Part shown: piece by piece, positions 39,577-49,573 of the stretch | Layout: every line of letters starts with the position of its first letter | How positions within the stretch are numbered: position 1 is the first letter of the stretch | Made by a program: the position numbers and the translations under genes | Assembly: GCA_963664815.2 (NCBI GenBank) | Contig: CAXXHB010000003.1 | Location: 1,472,001-1,536,000, forward strand | Direction: 5' to 3' | DNA: 64,000 nt | From: Spirochaetota bacterium | GTDB lineage: Bacteria; Spirochaetota; UBA4802; UBA5550 | Notes under the pieces: model-generated | Seen by the model: only the letters and a program-made list of their open reading frames with translations | Database searches by the model: none | What the model was told of the DNA's origin: nothing

Positions 39577-39953
39577 GACGTTTATTCCTTCAATTATTTT
39601 CTGGTCTGTTCACCTGTTTCATGTCTGGATTAGCACAGGCTGTGATATTTTAATTTTATAAATATTGAACGTCTGGTGTCGATAATTTTTATATTTATGA
39701 TGATTATTTAATAATTCAGCTTTCCTGATGTAAATATGGTGACTGGAAAATATCTTGAAATTTAGAGACGCTTCTGTGACTTTATCCGGAATGTTTTAAG
39801 TTTCCAGATTTCAACCGGCAGTATGAATTTATGTCAGCAAGGGGGCTGAATATAAAGCACTTCCTGCAGAAAACCCTGGTGTAATTTAAGATTTTTTATT
39901 AAGATTCACTGAAGTTTTTATGGTATTAAAACGAAATCCCGAGAGGTATAGAA

Positions 39954-41651
39954 ATGAGAGTTACAAAATATATCCTTCCTACACTAAAGGAAAATCCTTC
40001 AGATGCAGCTGTTCTCAGCCATAGACTTATGCTGCGCGCCGGGCTGATGCGTAAGGAGTCCGCCGGTATGTATGCTTATCTCCCTTTAGGACTACGGGTT
40101 CTCAGGAAGATAACCGGTATAATCAAAGAGGAGATGGACAGGGCAGGGGCGCATGAATGCCTTATGCCTGAACTCACCAATGCAGACTACTGGAAAGAAT
40201 CCGGAAGATGGAATACAATGGGTCCTGAAATGTTCCGTATTACCGACAGAAACGGGCTTGAATATTCACTTGGTCCGACACATGAAGAGGCTTTTACAAA
40301 TCTGGTGCGCTCGGTAGTTTCATCATACAGGGATTTCCCTCTTAACCTTTACCAGATAAACACCAAATTCAGGGATGAAATAAGACCGAGATTCGGGGTT
40401 ATAAGAAGCAAAGAGTTTATTATGAAAGATGCATATTCATTCGACATCGACCAGAACGGGCTTGATGAATCCTATAATGCCATGGCTTTGGCCTATAGAC
40501 GTATATTTGAAAGGTGCGGCCTTGAAACAATCCCGGTTCAGGCTGATTCGGGAAATATGGGTGGGAGCACTTCAGAGGAATTCATGGTCGCATCTGAGAT
40601 CGGGGAGGAGGTTCTTCTTCTCTGTGAAAAATGCGGATACAGGGCAAACAGCGAAAAAGCTGAATATAAAAGGGCGGATGTAATCAATAAAACTGACGCT
40701 GATGAATTGAAAGAGTTCCATACACCGGGTGTTAAAACAATAGATGACCTTGTAAAATTCTTCAGATGCGAAGATGATATTTTTCTGAAAAGTATAATAT
40801 ATGTGTATGATGGAAAACCATTGATGGTAGTGGTTCCGGGGAGCAGAGAGGTTAATGAACATAAGCTTAAAAACCATACCGGCGCGCTGGAGCTTAATCT
40901 GGCTACTGATGCCGTTGTAGAAGAGGTAACCGGGGCACCATTCGGTTTTGCAGGACCTGTTGGAATTAAGAATACAAGAGTTATTTATGATGTATTGGTT
41001 AAAAATGCGGTCAACGCTGTTACAGGCGCGAACAGGAAAGATTATCACTACACTGGAGTAAACCCTGGAAGGGATTTCATGATAAATGAAGAGGCTGATA
41101 TATCCACTGCAAGAGCCGGTGATGCCTGTCCGAAATGTGGAGCATCAATGTATGAAAAAAAAGGTATTGAGGTAGGTCATATATTCAAGCTTGGGTATAA
41201 ATATACAAAATCCATGAATTTATCAGTTCTTGACGAAAAAGGTGAGACAGTCACCCCGATTATGGGATGTTATGGTATTGGAGTAAACAGAACAATGGCT
41301 GCGGTTGTTGAGCAGAACAATGATGAGAGGGGTATAATCTGGCCTAAAACCGTGGCTCCTTTTCATGTACACCTTGTTGGTATAGCAAAAAGCGAAGAAG
41401 AGACCGCTGCTGTGGATAAAATTTATAATTTACTCCTGGATTCCGGGATAGATGTACTTTTCGATGACAGAAAAACAAGTCCCGGAATAAAGTTTGCAGA
41501 TGCGGATCTTATAGGAATACCTCTCAGGATTACTGCAGGGAAGGGTTTTTTTACCAGCGGTGAACTTGAATTAAAAGAGAGATGCGCTAAAGATATAATC
41601 AATGTTCCAGCGGATAAGCTGGTGGATAAAATCAGAGATTATTATAAATAG
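39954..41651 (+). CDS. proS: Proline--tRNA ligase (bacterial type with INS editing domain)
   Basis: SHRLMLRAG, LGPTHEE, KFRDEIRPRFG, IEVGHIFKLG, MGCYGIG, KFADADLIG. Confidence 0.97.
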   Translation: MRVTKYILPTLKENPSDAAVLSHRLMLRAGLMRKESAGMYAYLPLGLRVLRKITGIIKEEMDRAGAHECLMPELTNADYWKESGRWNTMGPEMFRITDRNGLEYSLGPTHEEAFTNLVRSVVSSYRDFPLNLYQINTKFRDEIRPRFGVIRSKEFIMKDAYSFDIDQNGLDESYNAMALAYRRIFERCGLETIPVQADSGNMGGSTSEEFMVASEIGEEVLLLCEKCGYRANSEKAEYKRADVINKTDADELKEFHTPGVKTIDDLVKFFRCEDDIFLKSIIYVYDGKPLMVVVPGSREVNEHKLKNHTGALELNLATDAVVEEVTGAPFGFAGPVGIKNTRVIYDVLVKNAVNAVTGANRKDYHYTGVNPGRDFMINEEADISTARAGDACPKCGASMYEKKGIEVGHIFKLGYKYTKSMNLSVLDEKGETVTPIMGCYGIGVNRTMAAVVEQNNDERGIIWPKTVAPFHVHLVGIAKSEEETAAVDKIYNLLLDSGIDVLFDDRKTSPGIKFADADLIGIPLRITAGKGFFTSGELELKERCAKDIINVPADKLVDKIRDYYK

Positions 41652-41652
41652 A

Positions 41653-41707
41653 TTAATAAAAGTATATCATCATGATATATATATTGTGGATGATATACTT
41701 TTATTAA
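41653..41707 (+). terminator. Long AT-rich hairpin after proS
   Basis: ttaataaaagtatatcatc ... gatgatatacttttattaa (19-bp arms). Confidence 0.65.
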
Positions 41708-42357
41708 GGGTAGTTTTATAATGAATACCGGAAATCCGGACGATAATCTAAAATTAGATATTCAGATTTTAGTAATATTACATTTTCTGTAGCGAATATT
41801 GCTACAAACACGATATTTTTTAATTCCTGAACCCTCTGGTACAGCCATATGGCGTAATCGGTGGGGGGCTTGAATATACTGTTATGGAATTATTTGTGCT
41901 GAATATTTTCTTATTTCAGACAAAACATAATTTATATTGTCAATTATGCCTTCATTTTAAACCATAATGCAGCCTTTAAGTCCCCTTTCGGATTTAGGGG
42001 GTATGGCGCAGGTAAATCTACCAGATGATATACCCGGCAGGCCGGGGTCAATGCGGGAAGTGGGTATAAGTCAGATTTTAATTAAGGAATAAGAGCAAAG
42101 TTGCTTAAAAAACCATCCGTAGTACCGCATTGAAACTATTTAAACTATGAAGAGATGACACTATTTACCAGAAGATAAGATTGATATTTGCCATAAAATA
42201 TTCAGATTATAATCCGGAACATTTTTAACATGGTTTATTTTACTCAATAAAAAAGATTAATATTGACATATAATCTTGCGCTAGTAAATAATGCTAAAGG
42301 ACTTTCTTTAACTTTAGTTAACAAATAAACAAAAAAATCAATTAAGGGAGTATCGTA

Positions 42358-43131
42358 ATGAAGATAGTTGTCTGTCTGAAACAGGTTCCTGATATGGAAT
42401 CTAAGTTTAAGATCGTTGATGACAAAAAAGTCGATGAATCACAAATCGCTTTCAAAATTAACGATTTCGATAACTATGCTGTAGAAGCAGCCCTCCAGCT
42501 AAAAGAAAAACATGGCGGAGAAGTAGTTATTGTATCAGCCGGTCCTGACAGAGCTGCCAAGGATATCAGGCAGGCTTATGCGATGGGAGCTGATTGGGGA
42601 ATACACATCACTGATCCAGCCATTTATGATGGCGACAGCTTCGTAATCGCAAGCGCACTTGCAAAAGCAATTCAGAACATCGGTGGAGTAGACCTTGTTA
42701 TGACAGGTGTTCAGTCAGAAGATTTACAGGCGGCAGTTACAGGCGTAATGGTTGCTGACCTTCTCGGCGTTCCACACTGCACAAACGTTGTTAAAATAAC
42801 AACAGCTGACGGAAAAGCATTTACTCTTAACAGAGAGCTTGAAGGCGGACTTAATGAAGTTCTCGAACTTGCAGGTCCTGCAATGCTTTCAATCCAGTCA
42901 GGTATCAATGAGCCAAGGTATCCCACCCTTCCGGGTATCATGAAAGCTAAAAAGAAACAGCTCGATACAAAATCAGGCGCAGACCTGGGAGTATCAGCTT
43001 CATCAAGAACTACGTTTATCAAAATGTTTGTTCCTGTTTCTGATTCTATGGCGGAAATAATTCAGGGCGCTCCTGCAGAAGCAGCTGCAAAGCTTGTTGA
43101 TAAGCTCAAAAATGAAGCGAAAGTGATATAA
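42358..43131 (+). CDS. etfB: Electron transfer flavoprotein beta subunit
   Basis: KIVVCLKQVPD, AVEAAL, AMGAD, NEPRYPTLPGIMKAKKK. Confidence 0.95.
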   Translation: MKIVVCLKQVPDMESKFKIVDDKKVDESQIAFKINDFDNYAVEAALQLKEKHGGEVVIVSAGPDRAAKDIRQAYAMGADWGIHITDPAIYDGDSFVIASALAKAIQNIGGVDLVMTGVQSEDLQAAVTGVMVADLLGVPHCTNVVKITTADGKAFTLNRELEGGLNEVLELAGPAMLSIQSGINEPRYPTLPGIMKAKKKQLDTKSGADLGVSASSRTTFIKMFVPVSDSMAEIIQGAPAEAAAKLVDKLKNEAKVI

Positions 43132-43149
43132 GGTAGGAGGATCTGAATA

Positions 43150-44100
43150 ATGGCTAAATTACTTGTAATAGCAGAACACAGAGATGGGAAGCTGAGCGTT
43201 GCTACATTGGAGCTTTGCAAAGTAGCTAAAGAGATTGCTCCTGCTCTTGGTCTCGAACCGGCTGCTGCAGTATTCTCTAAAGATGATGCAGTTGCGAAAG
43301 AAGTTGCAAAATACATCCCCACAGTATTGTCAGTTACTGATGCTGCAGTTGCTCAATATACATCTGACGGTTATTCACAGGCTATCAAAGCTGTTGTTGA
43401 ATCACAGGATGTAAAAGGCGTTCTTGTTCCTCATACATATGATGGAGTTGACTATGCTGCCAAAGCAGCAATGGCAATAGGCGCAGGTATTGTTTCCAAT
43501 GTAAACAAGATTGTTGCTGAAGGCGGCAAACTTGTATGCACAAGAGGTATATACAACGGTAAACTACAGGAAACCAAATCTGTATCTACAGATAAATTTG
43601 TTATATCTATTGAAAAAGGCGCATATGATCCGGCAGAAGCCGGCGCAGCAGGCAGCGTTAATGCTGTTTCTGTATCATTCGGCGCAATCAGAACAAAAGT
43701 TAAAGAAGTTATTGCAACATCTACAGGCGGAGTTGATATTACCCAGGCTAAAATTATTGTATCGGGCGGACGTGGTCTTAAAGACGCTGATAAATACAAA
43801 GATATCGTTATTCCGCTTGCTCAGAAACTCGGCGGGGAATATGCAGGATCACGTCCTGTTATAGACTCAGGCTGGACAGAAGCTTCAAGACAGGTTGGAC
43901 AGTCAGGTAAAACTGTAACTCCCGATCTCTATCTTGCACTTGGTATTTCAGGCGCGGTACAGCATGTTGCCGGAATGAAAGGTGCAAAATGTATAGTAGC
44001 AGTTAACAAAGACCCTGAAGCACCTATTTTCAACATAGCTGCATATGGAATAGTTGCAGATCTTTTCGAGGTTGTTCCTGCTCTTATGGCTAATCTGTAA
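43150..44100 (+). CDS. etfA: Electron transfer flavoprotein alpha subunit
   Basis: IVSGGRG, QVGQSGKTV, GISGAVQHVAGM, AVNKDPEAPIF. Confidence 0.95.
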   Translation: MAKLLVIAEHRDGKLSVATLELCKVAKEIAPALGLEPAAAVFSKDDAVAKEVAKYIPTVLSVTDAAVAQYTSDGYSQAIKAVVESQDVKGVLVPHTYDGVDYAAKAAMAIGAGIVSNVNKIVAEGGKLVCTRGIYNGKLQETKSVSTDKFVISIEKGAYDPAEAGAAGSVNAVSVSFGAIRTKVKEVIATSTGGVDITQAKIIVSGGRGLKDADKYKDIVIPLAQKLGGEYAGSRPVIDSGWTEASRQVGQSGKTVTPDLYLALGISGAVQHVAGMKGAKCIVAVNKDPEAPIFNIAAYGIVADLFEVVPALMANL

Positions 44101-44127
44101 AATTTGATTTAATTATTGAAACTCAGG

Positions 44128-44156
44128 AGGCTGTCCCGTAAGGACAGCCTTTTTTT
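44128..44156 (+). terminator. Intrinsic terminator after etfA
   Basis: aggctgtcc-cgtaa-ggacagcct followed by a T tract. Confidence 0.9.
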
Positions 44157-44355
44157 ATTATACAGTTTTATCTATATTACTGTTTGACATTTCATTGCGA
44201 AGCAGCATTATTCTGCATAGATAAAAAATATTTAAATAAGAGGATGATTTCAGGTAACAAGGTGGGAGGATATCCGGATTGGTCTTGTGGAACAGACGGA
44301 TTTCGCTGGCGCTCAGTTGAGTAAGTAATTTACATTTAAAAACCGGAGGGATATT

Positions 44356-45009
44356 ATGACCGAGGCAACAATCAGGGCACTAAATGGTTTACGTGATTTA
44401 TCTACAATTAAATGGTATGTTATACCGCTTCTTGCAATAGTTCTCTATATTTATACCAGGGAGATAAAAGATGCAAAAAAAACCGGCAACTGGAATGCCG
44501 TATTTTCCGGACTTGCTGTTTTCGGCGCTGATTTTTTTAATGAAACCTGGAACGGATGGTTTATGGTACTTTCAGGACGTTCAGCAGTATGGACAGCTCC
44601 CGGCGAAACAGCGCTTCGAACAATGGTTGGCTGGAACATAGAGATTATGTTTATGTTTTCAATAGCAGGTATTATTTTTTATCATACGCTCACAGAGGGG
44701 GAGGATGTGAAAATTCTTGGATTACCGGAAAAATGGTTCTGGGCGATTGGCTTTTCAGCTTTCTGTGTTTTCGTTGAATGCCTGTTAAATAGGGGTGGGC
44801 ATCTGGTATGGGAATATGAGTTATGGTTCAGGTCGGCAGCCGGTGTCTGGCTTGTTTTTCTAGTCGGATATTTCCCGTTTTTTTGTGCCGCTATACTGCT
44901 GATTTCATTAAAACAGGTTAAACATAAACTTATCGCTTTAGCGGTGATATATTCAGTACCGGTTTTAATGAATATTACAGGTTTAGGTATAATGGGGTGG
45001 AATTACTGA
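44356..45009 (+). CDS. Polytopic membrane protein of unknown function
   Basis: GGAGG RBS; about 6 TMs; intramembrane polar motifs DFFNETWN, GWNIEI, VECLLN. Confidence 0.8.
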   Translation: MTEATIRALNGLRDLSTIKWYVIPLLAIVLYIYTREIKDAKKTGNWNAVFSGLAVFGADFFNETWNGWFMVLSGRSAVWTAPGETALRTMVGWNIEIMFMFSIAGIIFYHTLTEGEDVKILGLPEKWFWAIGFSAFCVFVECLLNRGGHLVWEYELWFRSAAGVWLVFLVGYFPFFCAAILLISLKQVKHKLIALAVIYSVPVLMNITGLGIMGWNY

Positions 45010-45072
45010 TTTATCAGCTGCTTTTGTTTAATTACTAAAAAATTTGAAATACTTATAAAACATTATTATTAT

Positions 45073-45183
45073 TATTATTATCCGGTAATATCTTCTTAAT
45101 ATGTATTTTAGTGTAAAATAAATGATATATCTCTTCGCCTTCGAACGCGGCGGAGAGAAAGGGTGATTTTCTGTTATAAAAAT
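45073..45183 (+). repeat. Dispersed hairpin repeat, copy C
   Basis: ttagtgtaaaataaatgatatatctcttcgcc..ggcggagaga..ttttctgttataaaaat. Confidence 0.7.
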
Positions 45184-45219
45184 GGTTTGGTGTAATCAGC
45201 AATAAAACTGGAGGAAATT

Positions 45220-45396
45220 ATGGCTTATAGAATTAAAGCGGATGATTGTACCGCATGCGGTGCATGTGAGTCTGTATGCCCGGTAACATGCATTACTGAA
45301 CAGGGTGATGGTAAAAGAAAAATAAATGAGGATGATTGTATCAGCTGTGGAACCTGTGCGGATACATGCCCGGTTTCTTGTATTTCTGAGGTTTAG
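45220..45396 (+). CDS. 2[4Fe-4S] ferredoxin, 58 aa (absent from the ORF track)
   Basis: GGAGG RBS; MAYRIKADDCTACGACESVCPVTCITEQGDGKRKINEDDCISCGTCADTCPVSCISEV. Confidence 0.96.
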   Translation: MAYRIKADDCTACGACESVCPVTCITEQGDGKRKINEDDCISCGTCADTCPVSCISEV

Positions 45397-45430
45397 CAGC
45401 CTGCAATATGCAGGCGAAAGCTTATTTTTC

Positions 45431-46108
45431 TTAAGGTCTGGAGAAAAAGTTTGTTCTGAACATCCATCCCGATGTTAAACTGTAGTTAATCATATGTAAT
45501 TTATCTTTTGAACCGCCTCCTGAATACAGGAGGTTAGTGGGATAATATTCTCCTCCCGCCCCGAAAATAAAATCGGAAAAATCAGTTACTTTAAATCTCA
45601 TTGTAATTCCGGCTGTAACACCCGCCTGATTTGCATTTGTAAATCTTAAAGCATTATCCTTATATTTATCAAGTGTGAGAGTTGTATCTGTTTTCATAAC
45701 TGAATAGAAAATATGTGAATAAATGCCCCCCAGGTAAAAAGAGAGACCCACAGCATCTTTGCGCAAAGAATAGAGAAAAATAACAGGGATGTTGATGGTC
45801 TGAAAAGTCCATTTTACATCATAAGATGGTGTATCATTCATAACAAATCTGGTATTGAAATATCGGTATTGAATCCCTGATCCGATATCGATATTTCCAT
45901 AAAGATTTTTTTCAACCGAAACTCCACCCCCTGTGTACATGCCAGGTTTAATATCAAGGTTCATATTCTTATCATATATGTCAAATATGCCGTAGTTACC
46001 ATTTATACCTATTGAAACATCAGGAACCTGTTTATCCATATTCTCTTCTGCAGATAAAGAGATATTCAAACCTGCAAACAGGAAAAGTGTTATAAAGAGT
46101 TTTTTCAT
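45431..46108 (-). CDS. Outer-membrane beta-barrel domain protein
   Basis: Signal peptide from ATG 46108 (TGATG coupling with the upstream gene); INIPV, amphipathic strands. Confidence 0.7.
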   Translation of the reverse strand: MKKLFITLFLFAGLNISLSAEENMDKQVPDVSIGINGNYGIFDIYDKNMNLDIKPGMYTGGGVSVEKNLYGNIDIGSGIQYRYFNTRFVMNDTPSYDVKWTFQTINIPVIFLYSLRKDAVGLSFYLGGIYSHIFYSVMKTDTTLTLDKYKDNALRFTNANQAGVTAGITMRFKVTDFSDFIFGAGGEYYPTNLLYSGGGSKDKLHMINYSLTSGWMFRTNFFSRP

Positions 46109-46473
46109 CAGTCTTTCTGCGGTTCGGAATCCATGATGCATGTGCCGTTAAATATAGCTCCGCTTTCCATAATTATCTCAGGAGAGACGAGATCAGCGCT
46201 GATTTTACTTTTTTTATATAACTCTATTTTTTTTCCGGCTTTTATTTTGCCGTTTACTGTCCCGCTGATTGAAACTATTGAGGCATTGATATCGGCGCTT
46301 GTAACTGACTCACGGCCGATTATAAGCTGACCATCAGATATAATTTTACCTTCAAATTTTCCTTTAATTTTAAGTGAGTTCTTAAATTTTAATGTACCCC
46401 TGAAATCGATATCATCAGCAATAACTGTATCAATTTTATTTTCGTCTTCAACAATCTCTTTTATCTCTGACAT
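46108..46473 (-). CDS. Bactofilin (polymer-forming cytoskeletal protein)
   Basis: DTVIA..FRGTL, IKGKFEG, ISGTVNGKI, ESGAIFNGTC. Confidence 0.92.
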   Translation of the reverse strand: MSEIKEIVEDENKIDTVIADDIDFRGTLKFKNSLKIKGKFEGKIISDGQLIIGRESVTSADINASIVSISGTVNGKIKAGKKIELYKKSKISADLVSPEIIMESGAIFNGTCIMDSEPQKD

Positions 46474-46658
46474 TAAATTCTCCTTTTTAATAACTGCAGA
46501 TCAGCATTTATTTATATATTTTTAATAAGCAATATACAGAATTATAAAAAAATTAAGAAATAATAATTGTTCATAAACTATTACTGATTGTAAATTATAA
46601 ACAGGTATACTTCTCTTGTCAAACAAAAAGGAATATATTATTATTTATGGAGTTATTA

Positions 46659-46985
46659 ATGGAAGAAATTCTTGATAAGGCCAATGAACTGGGCATTTTG
46701 ATTAAACAGACAGATGTATACATCCGGTTTGAAGAGATTAATCTGGAAGTTGAAAATGACAATGAGGCTTCAGTACTTCTTAAGAAATATAATGAAATTG
46801 CCGAGACAATTCAGCAGAAGCAGGACGCGGGATTTATGCTGGAAAAATATGAACAGGAAAAATTCCGGGAGCTTGCAGGGGCTGTAGCAGCTAATGAGAT
46901 TCTTCTGAAATATCTGAAGGCAAGGGATGCATATATAAACCTTCTGATGGTTATTCACAAAGAACTGAATAATGATAATCAGTAA
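46659..46985 (+). CDS. YlbF/YmcA family protein
   Basis: ILDKANELGILIKQT..Y, helical; GGAG RBS (alternative start at 46647). Confidence 0.75.
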   Translation: MEEILDKANELGILIKQTDVYIRFEEINLEVENDNEASVLLKKYNEIAETIQQKQDAGFMLEKYEQEKFRELAGAVAANEILLKYLKARDAYINLLMVIHKELNNDNQ

Positions 46986-47182
46986 TTTTTTTATTGAAAC
47001 AAATATTCATAATTGGTATCTTCTAGAATGTTATGAAGGAAATTTTATATTATTAACGTAAAGATACAATGTAAAATAGTCATTTCTTCGAAAGTTTAAA
47101 AAAGATTTTAAAAAAATCTTGACGATGTATGAATTTATAAATAAAAATATTAGTATTTGAATAATACTAAAAGGCAGGAAAA

Positions 47183-47710
47183 ATGCAACCCGATTTAAAT
47201 AATCTGAAAGCAAAAATTCAGGCTAACAGGGATTTTATCGACAGAATTGCCACAGGACTCCCCGGCTTCAAAGGTTATGTCGAAAAATCAGAAAACTATG
47301 ACGCGGATAAAATGATAAGAAGCTTTATCGTGGATAAAATACTTTCATTGAAGAAAAATATCGGCGTAATTTCAGGAGACTGTGTAAGGAACGGTAATCT
47401 GTCCGTTACCAGAGACTTTGACTCACTGTCCAATCTTCTTGAAGGACTGGTAAAGAAAGTTGAATATGCTGATTATGGGGTCAGTGGTGGCTTTTCGAAG
47501 ATTAAAATTACAGAAGAGGATCAGAACAGGCTTCTGGAATATGACTGGAGATTGATTACGTCATTTGAAGAGGTGTATAAATCATTCGAAAATCTTTCAA
47601 CTATTCAGGGCGATACCTTGTCCTCTGAAATAAATAATATTAAACCGAAAATCAGGGATTTTGAAAAAAGCTTTGATGATAGAAAATATGTAATTATGGA
47701 GGTCATATAA
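47183..47710 (+). CDS. Conserved helical protein, first gene of the SPFH operon
   Basis: PGFKGY..ADKMIR, ADYGVSGGF, LLEYD; coupled to the next gene. Confidence 0.75.
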   Translation: MQPDLNNLKAKIQANRDFIDRIATGLPGFKGYVEKSENYDADKMIRSFIVDKILSLKKNIGVISGDCVRNGNLSVTRDFDSLSNLLEGLVKKVEYADYGVSGGFSKIKITEEDQNRLLEYDWRLITSFEEVYKSFENLSTIQGDTLSSEINNIKPKIRDFEKSFDDRKYVIMEVI

Positions 47711-48840
47711 TGGCTTTACTTGATGTTGTTCAGTGGGATAATAAACCTGGTGAAGTAATTTTTAAATTTGAAGAAGGTGCAATTGCTCTCGGTTCACAGT
47801 TGATTGTAAAAGAGGGGCAGGAGGCTATTTTTTTTAAAAACGGACAGGCGCTTGATTCATTTGGTCCCGGCAGGCACACTCTCAGCACCGGGAATATACC
47901 TATTCTTGAAAAGCTTATAAATCTGCCCTTTGGCGGGAAAACACCATTTCCGGCTGTTGTATATTTTATAAATAAAACTGAAATTCCAAACATGAAATGG
48001 GGGACAAAACAGCCGATGCAGCTTATGGATCCGGTTTATAATCTGCCGGTACCGATAAGGGCTTTCGGGTCATATTCAATCCGTATCACGGATATTAAAT
48101 CTTTTTTAATTACTGCTACAGGTTCATGGCAGGCGTTTACAACTGAATCAATAGGGACTGCTTTCAGGGACATGGCTATTCTTCCGAAAGTCCAGGATCT
48201 CGTAGCAGAGTTTATGATCAAACAGAATATCACAATTCTGAAGCTGCCGGCATATTATGATGAAATAGGCTCAGCCGGTAAAGCTAAACTTGCCGAGGAT
48301 TTTACAAGTTTCGGCGTTGAACTGGTAAGATTTGCTGTTGAATCGATCAATATTCCGGATGATGATGAAAACGTAAAACGCCTTAAGAAAGCCCTGGCTG
48401 ATAAAGCAGAGATCAATATCATGGGTGAAGATTATAAAACAAAACGTACTTTTGATACAATGGAAAAAGCTGCGGCAAATGAAGGCATGGCCGGTGGTAT
48501 GATGGGTGCCGGAATGGGAGTTGGAATGGGACAGCAGATGGGTACAATGATGGGTGCTGTTATGGGCAATGCGGGAGCTGGTGCGGCACAGGGACAGCAG
48601 GTTCCATGTCCCAAATGTAACGCTGTAAATCAGGCTGGAGCTAAATTCTGCGCTTCATGCGGTGGTCCAATGTCTGTTCCTCAGGCCTCATGCCCTGCAT
48701 GTAAAGCTCAGATTCCGGCTGGTGTAAAATTCTGTCCTTCATGTGGTGCAAATCTTCAGGGATCCAGCTGCACAAAATGTAATGCTGCGCTTCAACCGGG
48801 TGCAAAATTCTGTCCGGAGTGCGGAGCACAGCAAGGTTAA
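47710..48840 (+). CDS. SPFH (YdjI-like) domain protein with C-terminal zinc ribbons
   Basis: GSQLIVKEGQEAIF, FGPGRHTL, KWGT, RAFGSY; three CxxC..KFCxxCG ribbons. Confidence 0.9.
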   Translation: MALLDVVQWDNKPGEVIFKFEEGAIALGSQLIVKEGQEAIFFKNGQALDSFGPGRHTLSTGNIPILEKLINLPFGGKTPFPAVVYFINKTEIPNMKWGTKQPMQLMDPVYNLPVPIRAFGSYSIRITDIKSFLITATGSWQAFTTESIGTAFRDMAILPKVQDLVAEFMIKQNITILKLPAYYDEIGSAGKAKLAEDFTSFGVELVRFAVESINIPDDDENVKRLKKALADKAEINIMGEDYKTKRTFDTMEKAAANEGMAGGMMGAGMGVGMGQQMGTMMGAVMGNAGAGAAQGQQVPCPKCNAVNQAGAKFCASCGGPMSVPQASCPACKAQIPAGVKFCPSCGANLQGSSCTKCNAALQPGAKFCPECGAQQG

Positions 48841-48851
48841 GGAGATTGCAG

Positions 48852-49454
48852 ATGGCATCAATGAATTGCGCTTCATGCGGAGCTCCTGTTGAAATAAAGA
48901 ACAGGTTCAGTAAGGTTTTTGTATGCAGCTACTGCGGGTCGCATCTTAAACTAAACGATAGCGGCCTGGATATTGCAGGAAAGTATCCGAAGCTTGCTGA
49001 ATTTCCTTCTATATTCCGGGTCGGATCAAGTGGAACTATTCTTGGGAAACCTTTCTCTGCTCTGGGACGTATGAGATATAAGTATCAGGGTGGATATTAT
49101 GACGAGTGGTTCATTGATTTTGATGGTGATAAGGGGTGGTTTACTGAAGATGAAGGAACTTTTACTCTTTACACCGACCTTTTTGAGGCTGTTGATATTC
49201 CTGATATGAACAGCATAAAAGCTGGCCAGAACATTATGGTTGGTGACAAAAAAGTGATGGTAAAAGAAAAAGGGCATGCAGTGATAGAGGGTGGAGAGGG
49301 TGAACTTTACTTTTATGCAGAACCCGGAACCGAGGTTGTCTACCTTGATGCTGTATCTGAAGGGAAAAAGGTTTCAGTAGAGTATACAGAGAATGAAGTT
49401 GAAATGTTTTCAGGAAGGCCTCTTCTTAAAAGAGATATTGTTGTTGAAAACTGA
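48852..49454 (+). CDS. Zn-ribbon + DUF4178 protein
   Basis: CASCGAP..CSYCGS, GRMRY..YDEW, EGEL; AGGAG RBS. Confidence 0.85.
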   Translation: MASMNCASCGAPVEIKNRFSKVFVCSYCGSHLKLNDSGLDIAGKYPKLAEFPSIFRVGSSGTILGKPFSALGRMRYKYQGGYYDEWFIDFDGDKGWFTEDEGTFTLYTDLFEAVDIPDMNSIKAGQNIMVGDKKVMVKEKGHAVIEGGEGELYFYAEPGTEVVYLDAVSEGKKVSVEYTENEVEMFSGRPLLKRDIVVEN

Positions 49455-49573
49455 TATTATATGCTTAAAAAAACCGGGAGATTTATGTCCCTTGTTCCCT
49501 GTCTCCCGTCGGGCACTTCCCCTATGATGATATAGGGAAGGGATTTAATCTCAAACTCTGAACTGAGGATCAT

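Noticed and set aside
39577-39953. T-box or other riboswitch upstream of proS
   Set aside because: No T-box consensus (GGTGGNACCGCG) or terminator/antiterminator pair found
39841-41878. Similar GGGGGCT(T)GAATATA words on either side of proS (about 39841 and 41863)
   Set aside because: Short match containing an indel, with no extended homology; may be chance
47710-48840. Prophage signal from a 'virion core protein'-like SPFH annotation
   Set aside because: That label is a common annotation artefact for YdjI-like SPFH proteins; no phage genes are nearby
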